The notes beneath the pieces are model-generated. The model was not told where the DNA came from. It did not search any database and saw only the letters and a program-made list of their open reading frames with translations. A program made the translations under genes and the position numbers. A DNA stretch of 64,000 nucleotides from Eledone cirrhosa (Eukaryota). The DNA lies in NCBI GenBank assembly GCA_964016885.1, contig OZ024741.1, forward strand, positions 175,026,001 through 175,090,000. Direction: 5' to 3'. Below, piece by piece: positions 51,525 to 64,000 of the stretch (positions within the stretch are counted from its first letter, which is position 1; every line of letters starts with the position of its first letter).

Positions 51525-53789
51525 ACCAGACCCCTAGTAATTTAACCGGTCCGTCCGTCCAGCGTCCGACGACGCTGTTGGACGGCATGGACCTGCCTCT
51601 CCAGGTGCCGAGCTGCAGGCCCACTGACTTTTCCTGGTTGATCATTGCTCCTGTCACCGCTTCGTATTCTCTTAGTGTAGTGCCGATCGCCTCGATGTGT
51701 TTGGCGTTCGACACCACTACGGTGACATCGTCCGCATATGTTGACACGGATCTTCCGCATCCTAGTTCGCGCGGGACCCCCCTCAACGTCTCCAGTTTGT
51801 GCAGTAATGGCTCGAGAGTCAATACGTACAAGAGGGACGAGAGGGGACATTCTTGGCGGACCGAGCGCATGATGTTGAACGGTTCCGATAGGTGACCGTT
51901 CACTCTCACCACAGAGCAGATGTCGCTGTGCATGGCAGCGATCCAGCCTCTGAAGACGGGCCCAAAGCCAGCCGCCCTCAGGACTGCCGCTAGGTAACGA
52001 TGGTCGACCCTATCGAAAGCTTTCGACTGATCTAAATTGATCAAGGACCCACCCGTGCCAGGTTCCCTAGCTACCCTCTCTACGATGTATCGAATGAGGT
52101 GGAGGTTGTCGTGGATGGATCTGTCGGGAATGGCGCATGTCTGCGCCTATCCCACCAGACCACCAACGACAAGCGCCAACCTCTTTGCTAGCACCTTGGA
52201 CAAAATCTTGAACTCTGTGTTTAGCAGAGTTATGGGCCGGAAATTATCTATGTTATCCCCCTTGTTCGGATCCTTTCTCAGCAGTGCCACCGCTCCTCGG
52301 CTCATGGACTGGGAATTCTCCCGTTCTGTTGCCAGTTGCAGTAGACGTCCGCCAAGAGGCCTCCGAACAAGTCTGGCATCTGTACGTAAAGTTCATAGGA
52401 CAGACCATCCAAACCAGGCGATTTACCCCTTGTGCAGCCAGTCATTGCCTCCCTTACTTCAGCGGCTGTTATCGGCTTTTCGCAACACTTCGCCTCAGTG
52501 GCCGAGAGCCGCGGCAGTCCGTCGAGGTAGACACTAAAGTCCATCCCTCGACCCGGCCTACCGCTGCCCCCGAACAGCTGAGCGAGGTGTCGCTGTAAAG
52601 CTTCACACATTTGCCCGGGATCGAGTAGCATGCGCCCGTCGTGATCCACCAAAGACCGGATCGTGGCTTTGTTGCCACGACGCGCCTCCGCCACTCCGGC
52701 CCATTGAACGGCTTTCGTCCCCTCGTGTCTGAGAGCACGCACCCTTGCTCTCACAACGCAGCCTTCGTGCTTTGCATTGAAGAATTGGTCAAGGGCCAAT
52801 TTCGCCGCAAGCACGTCGGTCGCAATGCCTTTGCTAAGCGCCTCGTCTAATTTTCTAACTAGTTCTCCCTCTGCTCTATTTTTCTCTATTGCTAAAGCCT
52901 TACTAAACCTAATCGATTCTATTCTAATCGCTCTTTTCAGAGCAAACCACCACTTGTTGTTGACGATGGCCCCCGTCAACGCCCGCTGAACTAGTTCGCT
53001 AATCCGGTCTCTGTAGGCCTTGCGTGCTGGTAAGGACGCGTTTAGCTTCCAGTAGCCGGGTCCTCGTCTATGAAGCCTATCTAAGTCAAGCACACAGATC
53101 ACGAATTTGTGGTCCGTGTAGCTGACTATCTTGAATTGTGGACAGCCTATGCTAGACCTATCTATTTCCCTACAAAATACTCTATCTAGATATGATCTGG
53201 ATGAGCCTATGCGATTTGTCCAAGTCCACATTGGCACATTCGGGAAATACAATCGGTACCTGTCAGACAGTTCTAAACGCCTGAGCAGGTTGGTGAGGCT
53301 CTTGCACCCTCCACCCCTATCCGCTAATCCCACACAGTCCCAGCGTGCATCTAAGATCCCGTTCTAGTCGCCCACTAACACTAAAGAGCGGGACGTTCCA
53401 AGAAAGGTCTCCAGACGCCGGAAGAAATCAGGCCGCCCTGCTCCTGTTGGGGCATAGACGGCCACTAGCCTGAAAGCTTGCCCGTCTCCGCTGGTCACGT
53501 CCAGTACCACCAACTTACCCTCTGGGTCCAGGAAGATGGCCCGTATGGCGAGATCCAAACCTCTCCGAAAAAGCACAGCAACTCCACCCCCCGATCCAGG
53601 ACGGCTGGGAGATGCGTACACATCGTAGCCGCCGAAGATCGGTGCGAAGGCCCGTGCTTCGGAGATTCTGGTCTCGCTGATGGCCACTAAATCTATGTTT
53701 AGTGACCTGAGGTCGTTGAGCAGGTGACCCTGCTTCCATGACGACCCCAAGCCACGCGCATTTATGCTGCCTATTCTGAGTGAGGTCAT
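51525..53789 (-). pseudogene. Tx1 ORF2 (APE + RT), interrupted and 3'-truncated
   Basis: ORFs 53364..53789, 52302..53333 and 51409..52044; homology ends abruptly after LLGVWF. Confidence 0.88.
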
Positions 53790-53824
53790 GTTTAAAATAG
53801 AGAGGAAAAGATGGGAAAGACCAC

Positions 53825-55771
53825 TTACCGTACTTTTCGTAGAGGAGGGATGGTTTTTACATCCCTTTTCACTTGATCGTCTGGTGAAGGGACCGTTGAA
53901 TCGTCCCTTCGGCTGGTCGTCGGCTCTTCTATGAGTATGTCCGAATATACTCTTCGGTTGATAGTTCTTCCTAGGTCCCTGAAATCACCAACTGCGTTGG
54001 GGAATTTCGTTTTAATGTTTGTGTATTGTTTCTGTGCTATTTTTAGCAGTCTTATGTTAGTTGGCGTTTTGATTGGTGCTGGTATTATGTAGTCGTGTTG
54101 TGAAATGTCTGTGTGTTCAATTATGTAAGTCATTAGTTTCTTGTTGTGTGTATTTATTGCCGTGCATTTGTTTTTCTGGGGGTGGGGTGTGGTTCTGCTA
54201 TTTTCTTGTCGTTTTTGCTGGGTGTGTGTGTTTTGTTGTTGTGTTTGCGATGTTGGTGCTTGTGGTGGTGGTGTTGAAGGTGTTGTTGTTGTTGTTGGCG
54301 GTGGGGTTGTCGCCGGTGGTGATGGTGGTGCTAGTGTGGGTGGTGATGGTGTTGGCGGTGTTGCTGCTGTGAGTCTCTTTGCAGTAGACTTTACCCTTTT
54401 TTCATTTCTTTCCTCCCTTTTCAAAGGCGACGATGCGCTGCTTCTGCGTTTGTGCCTTCTTACGACCTTTTGCCATCCCTCTCCCACCTCACACTCCATG
54501 TCTGATTCTGTGAGGTCGGGGAGGTGTACCAGCTCCACTCTTTCACTTGTTGTTGTTGGTGATGTTTGCACTGGAGTCTCTGTTGCAGCTGCATTTGGTA
54601 TTGCTGTTGTTGTTGTTGTTAATACTTCCACTGCTGCTGCTGTTTTTGATTTCCGTGGCGTGGGTATGGGTGCCACGGACCTATCGTTCCTGGTTGCCGC
54701 TTGTCCTGTTGCTGGTAACCGTGGAGCCGGTTTCGGAAGGAGGGGGGTTTTCTCCTTTCTCAGGGTCTTCTCGTTGCAGAAGGCCCTGAGGTGAGTCTTC
54801 GATCCACAGCGAAAGCATTTCGGGCGTTTGCCCTCAACACTTATGGGCAGTTGAGTGCCGTTATCGAAGTCTATCACATCCGGGATAGCTTCGATGCACT
54901 CCTGGTTGGTTTGGATTAACATCTCAATGGAGGTGCCAACCCAATCTTCTCTTACTTTTTTCTGTACTTGCAGTACAGTTGTTTTGTCCTCGATTCCGAC
55001 GAGGACAGACGCGGCCAGCCAAGAAGGGGCCATCCCGGGGGGGACGTGGGTCAGTTTGACCCTCACAATTTTTTTCCCGCAGTAGGAGGGCACCAACACC
55101 ATTTCCTCGCTCCTTAGGGTCACTACGGATTGAGCCTTTGCCTCCTGGGGTGTGGCAAAAAGTACGTCTACGGTGGCATATTTCTTGCCTCGGGGGATGT
55201 GTGTTTTCCGCTGCCACACAGACCCCAAGGCTTTTTGTATTTGAGCCTCTGTGGCTCTTTCCACCCTACGGGATTTTGTACTTACTGTACGGTACGTGAC
55301 CGTACAGTGCTGTTGGGTTTCGAAACATTTTTCCGCTGCCTTGCAGATTGCTCGGTGTCCAGTTTTTGTCACCATCTTCTTCGCTTCCTCTAATTCCTCA
55401 TTTGTTATGAGGATTGTTTCCAGGTTCTTCGCGATACCTGCAAACGAGATTGGTTTTTCTTTGCTGCTGTTGTTGTTGTTGTTGTCGTCAGAGCTGCTGT
55501 TACTTTTGTTGTTGCTGCGGGTACTACGACTACTGCCGCCGCCGCTGTTGCTGTGGTTGTTGTTGTTGTTGCTGCTGCTAATGTTGTTGTTGTTTATGCT
55601 GCTGCTGATGCTGTTGCGGCTGCTACTGTTGTTTTCATTGTCACTGTTGCTGTTGTTATTACGGCTGCTACTGCTATTATTCCCGACGTCAAACGAATGA
55701 AATGGGTTTTCGTATTTCCCGCACACCTGTTTCGTCGTCGTCGTCGTGGAGAAATCTTGCATGCTTTGCAC
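53825..55771 (-). CDS. Tx1 ORF1 gag-like protein
   Basis: 648-aa open frame with an Asn/Ser-rich N-terminus, VEGKRPKCFRCGSKTHLRAFC knuckle and Pro/Thr-rich region. The start codon is uncertain. Confidence 0.8.
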   Translation of the reverse strand: MQSMQDFSTTTTTKQVCGKYENPFHSFDVGNNSSSSRNNNSNSDNENNSSSRNSISSSINNNNISSSNNNNNHSNSGGGSSRSTRSNNKSNSSSDDNNNNNSSKEKPISFAGIAKNLETILITNEELEEAKKMVTKTGHRAICKAAEKCFETQQHCTVTYRTVSTKSRRVERATEAQIQKALGSVWQRKTHIPRGKKYATVDVLFATPQEAKAQSVVTLRSEEMVLVPSYCGKKIVRVKLTHVPPGMAPSWLAASVLVGIEDKTTVLQVQKKVREDWVGTSIEMLIQTNQECIEAIPDVIDFDNGTQLPISVEGKRPKCFRCGSKTHLRAFCNEKTLRKEKTPLLPKPAPRLPATGQAATRNDRSVAPIPTPRKSKTAAAVEVLTTTTTAIPNAAATETPVQTSPTTTSERVELVHLPDLTESDMECEVGEGWQKVVRRHKRRSSASSPLKREERNEKRVKSTAKRLTAATPPTPSPPTLAPPSPPATTPPPTTTTTPSTPPPQAPTSQTQQQNTHTQQKRQENSRTTPHPQKNKCTAINTHNKKLMTYIIEHTDISQHDYIIPAPIKTPTNIRLLKIAQKQYTNIKTKFPNAVGDFRDLGRTINRRVYSDILIEEPTTSRRDDSTVPSPDDQVKRDVKTIPPLRKVR

Positions 55772-56153
55772 GAGACTTTTCTTTTCTGTCGTCGCTTGCG
55801 AAAGAGAAGGGAGAGAGAGAGAGACACATTTAAAGAAGGGAGGGAGAGAGACAATCTTCTCTCTGCTGTAGTGACGATTGAGGAAGAAGAAGACGGAATG
55901 AGTGGGAGTGACCTATGAAAATTATTTTTCGTAGCCATGTTGTTTTTTTGTTTAAAATAAATATTGGGCACAAAACCCCAATAAGCAGTTATTTAACCCC
56001 GAAGGGCCAAATAACGGGCAGAAAGACCCCTCTCACGAGGAGGAGGGTGTTTTTGTCTACAAGTTGGTAAAAGTTTTAAACAATTTACAATTGTTATAGC
56101 GGTCAAAATTTACAATACCTTACAGAGCCGAGCCTCCGTCAACCATAGCCTTC

Positions 56154-56189
<36 letters not shown>

Positions 56190-57576
56190 TCGACAATGAG
56201 GGAAAGGTTAAGGAAGGAATGTTACCGCAGAGTAAGAGCAATCTTAAGAACGGAATTGAACGCAAGGAATAGGATCGATGCCATAAACACGCTTGCCATA
56301 CCAGTAGTAACCTACAGTTACAATGTCATCAACTGGTCAAGCACAGAGATCCGTAGGCTCGATACAAAAATTCGAAAATTCTTAACCATGCACAGAATGC
56401 ATCACCCTAAGGCAGATATAGATAGAATATATCTCCCTAGGAAAGAAGGAGGACGTGGGTTAATCCAGTTAGACATTGCGTTGAAAACTGCAACAATTGG
56501 ATTATCTACATATCTAAGGGAATCACATGATTGGATGATCAAACTCGTTTTGAAACACGAAAGCATCAAAAGATCAGAAAAACACAGAAAAAGCAAAGCA
56601 GGTAAAAGTAACTGCAAAGAAAGAACTGCTACAGATACTGGCTAAGAAATGGCAAGAAAAGCCTCTGTATGGAAAATACCCAGAGCGAGCTAACAATCCT
56701 GATGTTGACACAACTTTAACCCATCAGTGGTTGGCATCCTCTGGACTGAAATCGGAGACTGAAGGACTGATTATATCAGCACAAGATCAGTGTCTGCCAA
56801 CAAAAAATTACCAAGCCAACATAATAAAAAATGGATGCAGCCCATTATGCCGTGTATGCAAAAAAAACAACCAGAGACCATTGACCATATAATTTCAATG
56901 TGCAGTCCTATAGCTCCAACCGAATACTTAAACAGGCATGACAGAGCTGCACAATACATACATTGGATAATGTGTAAACATTTTGACCTGCCCCATCAAA
57001 AGAATTGGTGGGAGCATCAACCACCTCCCATACTTGAAAAAGATCACATCTCAATCTTGTGGAACTTTAGCATCCAAACAGACCGAAAAATAGATGCAAA
57101 TAGACCTGATATAATATTGAAGGACTTTAAAAAGAGGGTATGCCTGCTAATTGATATGTCTGTTCCAATAGACAAGAATGTATGTATAAAAACATTTGAA
57201 AAATTGAGCAAGTATAAGGACCTGGAGATAGAAATTGGAAAAATGTGGAAATTGAGAACTAAAACAATACCAGTGGTTGTAGGCGCTCTGGGAATGATAC
57301 CTAAGGGGTCTAATGATTACTTATCGCAAATCCCAGGAAACCCGCGTATAGGACAAATACAAAAGATAGTACTAATGGGAACTGCCCATATACTAAGGAA
57401 GATTCTGTCAATATAAGTACATCACAAGTCTAAACACTAAAGATGCATGTGTGAGTATGTATGTTCTTTCTTGAACATAGCAGACCTTGTTGTCTCTTGA
57501 GGTCACTGGTTGTGACTTGGTGATAACTCGTATGAACATAAAGCAAGATAAATGCAACTGTAATAATAATAATAAT
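56190..57576 (+). mobile_element. 5'-truncated R4/Dong-like RLE LINE flanked by (TAA)n on both sides
   Basis: ORFs 56196..56645 (DRIYLPRKEGGRGL) and 56790..57416 (RLE); the 3' UTR ends in (TAA)n. Confidence 0.88.
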
Positions 57577-58050
57577 AGAAGACGCACATGGTGGATAGAA
57601 GGTCGTGAAATCGCTCCCGTAAGTTTTGATTTTTAACATATTTAAATCAATTGTGAAATAACAATTCTTAGTACAAATGATACATAAAACATCCGGCTTG
57701 AGTCCCAAAAAAATTCGGATCCATAATATATTGTTATATCGCTCAAATATTCAATTTTGTATTATACATTTTATATTCAAAAAAGAAAATGGTTATAAAT
57801 GGAAGAAAACCCCCTCTGTCTACACTATATAGAACAGCCAAATAACAGCAATTTCACCAACACCAGAAACTAGATACACCACCTACCCCATCACCCCTCT
57901 GTGTACACTAAACACATCAGCCAGATAACGGCAATTTCACCACCACCACCACCACCACCAATCTCAGCATAATAATAGTAATTACTATTATTATTGTCTC
58001 AAGTTTTAACAAAATGTTTAATTCCAATATTAAGGTAATATGTCAACACA
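57577..58050. repeat. Right arm of a long inverted repeat (partner 50078-50533)
   Basis: Reverse-complement match to the left arm. Confidence 0.85.
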
Positions 58051-59078
58051 TATACGCGACTAACCCCATAGATTCACCGATCAAACAAAAATACAGTTCA
58101 TTCAACAAAACTCAGTAACGACAACGCCATCACTACAGTTACCGCCACCGCCGCCCATCCATCATTACTACCACTATCCCATCACCGACGCCACCACTCC
58201 TTCATTGCTACCACCGCTATTCCCCCATTACCTTCTGTTAACTTACGAAAGGGGAAGATGGCGATATCACTAGACAATATTAATAAACAAGAGTAATATT
58301 TAATTTTGGATCAGGAATGTTAGAGTCGAAAAGGAGGAAAATGACAAAATGACTAAATAACTAAAGATAATTTCACCACCAACACCACCACCACTACCAC
58401 GATGAAAACTCTGGTTAAGTCGACTCAACCGCTATTTCTACTCCAACTTCAACACCATCACTATAGTAATACGACCACATCACCACCACTACTGCCTAAT
58501 AATGATGTATCGCTACCGCCGCTATTCTCTCCCACTACCTCCTGCTAGTTGCTGCTAGCACAGCACCACCACCACCACCACCACCACCACCACCACCACC
58601 ACCACCACCACCACCACCACCACTGCCTCATTATCACTACCGCCGCTATTCTCTCCCGCTACCCCCTGCTACATCGTAGAAACCCCACTAAAAGAGGAAG
58701 GCATCAAAATATATAAATAGACTGAATTGATGACACGGTCAAAATCAAAAAAACAAAAATCAAAATCAAAGCAGCACAGCAACAACGAAAAACGTAAAGA
58801 AAATAAGAATGAAGAGAAAAACAAACAGACGGACAGAGAAGGGAAGGGAAAAACTAAGTCAGACCTTCAAACACTACATTACAATGAAACTTATGCTTAT
58901 TCATTTTTTGGGTTTTTTTTGCCTGTTTTTTTTTTTTTGCCTGTTTGTTTATTTATGTTCGTCTACAGCGTGATAATACCACACAAAAATCACGTGGAGT
59001 GACGGAACCACCGGAGACGATGAATTCACCGGTGGTTATGTAACCATACATTCGCCAATCCTCGATAAGAGTGTTTAA

Positions 59079-62000
59079 ATGTCGAAACTAAACAGTTCGA
59101 ATAACGGTGAAATGGAGACTAGAATGTCATGTGACAGACTCTCACCCAACAGGTGCTCCCTGGCTCAGCAGCAGGGACTTGGCTGTCAACCAAATACTGC
59201 TGGTGTCGGAGGAAGAAGAAGAAGGAAAGGGACCAGAACCAACTGGACGAAAGAATTGAATAGAACTGTTATGCAATGTTACCTGAAGAGTAACCCCAAG
59301 GAGAAAGGCTATAGGAAACGGATGCATAACATCTGGAACGAGATTGGTCTATTTAAATTAGATGAACAAAAATTGGCCGGGCAGGCTCGGGTAATAAGAA
59401 CTAATGGGTGGATAAGCGAGCTGGAACTGGAGGAACTGAGCAGAGAGATTAGCTTGGAAATGGAGAGTGGAGTATGCCAGGCAACCGAGCCAGTGGGAAA
59501 TGAAGGTGAAGAGGTCGAGAGAACGGAGGAACCACCCGAAGCAGACAATGATCTGAATGTTCAGATAAATAATACCTGGAACAGAGATACGGCCACTGAG
59601 GAAATGAATGCTGACGGGCTAGGACAAGATTTGGTTGATATCCTAAACTTAGTGGTAGATGAATTGAACAATGACAGTGGGAGACCTATGCACCTAAGAT
59701 TTGTAGACAGGAAAAAGTTAAAAGAAACAACAGCTAAGGTAAACAAAGTCATCCCATACCTTGAGGCGAGGAGCCTTCACCAGTGCAACAATATCCTCAA
59801 AGCAACAGCAAATACGGTGAGGAAACTACTTGGTATAAAAGCGAGAGGAAACAACAGACAAGAAAGAGCAGAGCCTTGGTGGAAGAAACGACTGAGTGGT
59901 CAAATCAGGGAAATGAGAAATGACATTGGAAAGCTTGAGTCCCTACTGAATGGGACACTAAAAAACATAGACACTAAAAATAGACTGGAAATAAAGTACA
60001 AAACTAGGAGGAAAAAACTAAATATTATCATAGAGGAACTGAAGCAACGCATTGTAGCAAAGAGTGCAAAAATCAGGCGATACGAGAACAGAGTCAGTCA
60101 GTATAGACAGAACCGCATGTTCGACAACAACCAGAAGATGCTGTTTGGACAGCTTGAAGGGAAAGAAAGAGGGAACAACTTGATCCCTGAGGCGGAACAA
60201 ACTAAAACATTCTGGAGAGGAATATGGGAGCAGGATGTTAAACATAATGACTAGGCAGTGTGGATTGAGACAGTACAGAAGGAGATTAGTGAACAGACAC
60301 ACCAACAAACTGATTTGAGTATCACAGTTGAAACTCTTAAGAGGCAGGCCAAAAAACTAACCAACTGGAAATCACCAGGCCCAGATGGTGTGCAGGGGTA
60401 TTGGATTAAAAATATAACATCCCTCCACCCGAAACTGACAACCATGTTCAATGAATGCTTGATGTCAGGTGAGGTACAAGAGTGGTTGACAAAAGGTACC
60501 ACAGTTCTGATAATGAAAGGCCGAATCAAGGGTAATGATGTTACCAACTATAGACCTATCACATGTCTGTCCGTAATGTGGAAACTGTTGACAAGCATTA
60601 TGTCTGAGGAAATCTACCATCACCTCCACACAAACAACCTGTTACCGGACGAACAGAAAGGATGCCGAAAGAAGTCACGTGGTACAAAGGACCAGTTACT
60701 TATTGATAATATGGTAATGAGGAATTGCAAGAGGAGACACACTGGTCTTGCCATGGGATGGATAGACTACAAAAAGGCATTTGACATGGTGCCTCATTCT
60801 TGGATCACCAAAAGTCTGGAGATCTTCAGGGTGGCAGATAACATCAGACAGTTGTTGGGCAAAAGTATGAAGTCCTGGGAAACAGAGTTAACATCAACTG
60901 GAGAATCCTTGGGAAGCGTGAAGATCAAGAGAGGTATCTTCCAGGGAGATAGTCTGTCCCCTCTGTTGTTTGTCCTTGCCCTGATGCCCCTGACCAGTGT
61001 ACTGCGAAACGTGAGAGCAGGATACAGGTTGGGAAAGGGAGGGCTTACCACCAATCACCTCCTCTTCATGGACGATCTTAAGCTCTTCGGGAAGAGTGAG
61101 AAGGAGTTGGATGTGCTTGTTGACACTGTCCGTATTTTCACCAATGATATATGTATGCAATTTGGTATTAGTAAGTGTGGAGTCATTGTGATGAAGAGGG
61201 GTAAGTTGAGCAGAAGTAACGGAATCCAGGTACCAACAGGTGAGATGATAAAGGAAATTGACTCTGAAGAAGGATACAAGTATTTGGGCGTTCTGGAGGC
61301 TGATGACATCAAGAACAAAAAATGAAGGAATTGATAAGAACTGAATACATTCGGAGAGTAAGGAGCGTATTAAAGTCACATCTGAACAGTAGGAATGCCA
61401 TAAGTGCAGTAAATTCCCGAGCTGTGTCAATTATTAGGTACAGTGCGGGAATTCTGAGATGGAATGTTGCTGAACAGAAAGAAATGGATAGGAAGACTAG
61501 GAAGCTATTGACTATCTACAACATGTTCCACAAGAGGAGTGATGTCGATAGACTCTACTTAAGGAGATCTGAGGGTGGAAGAGGTCTTATCAGCATAGAG
61601 GACTGTGTTCAGATGGAGAAAAACAACCTACACAAATACGTGACTGATAGTAAGGAGCCAATGCTCAGAATTGTACTGAAGGAGGGGACAATAGGCCAGG
61701 GGATGTCCAAGGAGGAAATAACATCAAGGAGAAAGAGCAGCCTTCAGGAAAAATCCCTTCATAGTACCTTCTTTGAGAAAACTGAATTTAGAGATCCACA
61801 GACATGGAACTGGTTGAAAATAGGAGACCTTAAAAAGGCTACAGAAGGAATGTTAATGGCTGCGCAGGAGCAGGCCCTCAAAACGAAGTGGTTGAAACAC
61901 CATATTTACAAGGAGGAGGCTAGCCCACTGTGCAGGATCTGTGGAGAGAGAGAGGAGACTGTGGCTCACATTGTATCCGAGTGTAAACACCTAGCCCAGA

Positions 62001-62502
62001 CTCACTATAAGGGCTGGAGACATGATGTGATGGGCAGGGTGATCCACTGGCACCTATGCAAGGTAAACAATTTACCACATTCTGAGAAGTGGTATGAGCA
62101 TAAGCCAGAGGCGGTGATAGAAAACGATCAGGTGAAGGTGCTATGGGATTTTAGGATACAGACGGACAAGAAACTGGAACACAATAGACCTGACCTGGTG
62201 GTTGTGGACAAAGAAAAAAGATCGTGCCTGATTGTGGATGTGGCCTGCCCATTCGACACGAGAGTGCAAGAGAAGGAGAGGGAGAAAATTAACCGATACC
62301 AGGATTTAAAGTAGGAGGTAAAAAGGATTTGGAACTGCCATGAAGTCAAAGTGATCCCGATTGTCATAGGCGCACTAGTGACTATCTCAAAAAGTTTCCA
62401 GGGATGGTTAAAGAAAATTGGCCCCTTCACGCTTTTTGGAACGCTTCAAAAGGCATGCTTGTTGGGAACAGCAAGAACCCTCCGATACGTCCTGAATATT
62501 TG
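59079..62502 (+). pseudogene. Near full-length R4/Dong-like RLE LINE ORF (RT + CCHC + PD-D/ExK nuclease) with two stops and one frameshift; (AAT)n tail to about 62650
   Basis: Motifs WTKELNRTVMQCY, PWWKKRL, NWKSPGPDG, YRPITCL, GIFQGDSLSP, FMDDLK, CRICGE..H..C, RHD, RPDLVV, DVACPFD. ORFs 59079..60254, 60258..61325 and 61322..62314. Confidence 0.92.
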
Positions 62503-62586
62503 AGGCTGCAGGTAGTGGCTTGATATTCATTTCAACAAACTTTCTAGTTAAATAACATCAATGACTGAGACTCAAAGAACAACAAC

Positions 62587-62651
<65 letters not shown>

Positions 62652-63301
62652 GGAACGAGGTATCACTATAATATCATTATGTTTATTTAGGTGTGATACG
62701 CAATTCCCGATCGACCTGCTCGAGGTACGATCGGTATCGATCGGACCCGACTCTGCTGGAATCGATAGGTCATCAGACTTATGAATTCCCTAATATGTAT
62801 GTATATATGCATATATATATATGTAATAAAAATTTGTGAAGTTTTTACTGTGATATACTTTGTCGCTATTAACTCTTCCCCTTTCTTTCTCTCCCTTTCA
62901 CTTTTACTCACCCTCTCTCTGCTAGCTACCCCGCTACTTCCGCTGTTTCTCTTTACTTTGCCTCTTGTTTTTCTACTCTCGCGGAAGTCAGACCTGTATT
63001 TTTTCGCTCCGTTTCACTGTCTACACAGCCTCGTTCTTAAGTCCAGTAGCTGATGTTGACAGCCTTTTCTTTCTCTTCCGCTGCTACTACACGTGCTTCT
63101 CGTGTTTCCCTCTTCGGTATGTTTTTCCGTTATTTTTTCCCTTCTGTTATATATTTTTCTCTCTCTCATCCCCCTCCCCCCATAACTTCCTTTAGTTATT
63201 GACGCACTGGAGCTAAACATCTTGTCTTTAATGCGTAGAAATGTCCGTGACCTCTAGAAGACAACTGATGAAAGGGAAATTACCCCCGTTCGTGCTCTCC
63301 T

Positions 63302-63341
<40 letters not shown>

Positions 63342-63348
<7 letters not shown>

Positions 63349-63879
63349 TTAGTCCTTCATCAGTGATCTGCCAACCTTCATTGGCATTTCATCGCTTTAA
63401 AGACCATATACCTCCGGTTGGTGCGAGCAACGGCTAAAGAAAGTAGTTGGGACACGTAAATAAGGGGAACGAGCGAGACTGTAAACAATCAAAGATGGTA
63501 ATGCAACGAATCTCTCTCGTCTACGATTTCACAGAACTTATGTTCACCGATTTCAGGGACTTGACTCCTTCTTCCTACCGTTGGACCTGTGCGAAATTCT
63601 TTCCTTGTTCACATTTCGACCAGCTTTGATGGTCTTTATTCTCTCTCGTCCACGATTTCACAGAACTTATGTTCATCGATTTCAGGGACTTGACTCCTTC
63701 TTCCTCACTTTTCGTTGCATTACCATCTTTGATTGTTTACAGTCTCGCTCGTTCCCCTTATTTACGTGTCCCAACGACTTTCTTTAGCCGTTGCTCGCAC
63801 CGACCAGAGGTATATGGTCTTTAAAGCGATGAAATACCAATGAAGGTTGGCAGATCACTGATGAAGGACTAAATTTATT
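63342..63879. repeat. Fold-back cassette: 169-bp inverted arms (63342-63510 / 63711-63879) enclosing a 66-bp direct repeat
   Basis: The arms are reverse complements; the direct repeats are at 63511-63576 and 63640-63705. Each arm ends in CUGAUGAAGGAC (partial hammerhead core). Confidence 0.88.
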
Positions 63880-63917
63880 CATATGTAACCCATTTGCAAT
63901 CACGCAGCACGCCATGT

Positions 63918-63987
<70 letters not shown>

Positions 63988-64000
63988 ATACATGTATATG

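Larger units (their letters stand above)
51525..56152 (-). mobile_element. Second Tx1-clade LINE, 5'-intact and 3'-truncated; 5' end in (TTA)n
   Basis: 5' UTR, ORF1, and ORF2 APE-RT homologous to 1825-5259 (INARGL, AVYAP, KAFDRVDH, TYADD). Confidence 0.88.

Noticed and set aside
62690-62785. Minus-strand CUGAUGA in a palindrome-rich patch
   Set aside because: There is no downstream GAAA or stem III.

Overview
Repeat-saturated, AT-rich eukaryotic (animal) DNA with no recognisable host gene. The SINE types and dense (CA)n/(TA)n/(GATA)n/(ATAC)n microsatellites suggest a cephalopod such as Octopus (inference). Contents: a head-to-tail stack of Tx1-clade LINEs in a (GATA)n tract, a CRE-clade LINE with an N-terminal PHD finger, a Ty3/gypsy LTR element, a non-autonomous LTR element with the same tRNA-Trp PBS, several R4/Dong-like RLE LINEs in (ATAC)n and (TAA)n tracts, a second Tx1 element, a decayed Penelope-like (RT + GIY-YIG) element, many tRNA-derived SINEs with clean TSDs, and 30-bp and 54-bp minisatellites. 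The most notable signal is non-coding. About ten short, mostly mutually dissimilar cassettes sit between microsatellites, mostly fold back as inverted repeats, and carry minimal hammerhead-ribozyme motifs (CUGANGA...GAAA...NUH with paired stems). They look like non-autonomous Penelope pLTR or retrozyme-like elements. All calls were made by eye and coordinates may be off by a few bases.
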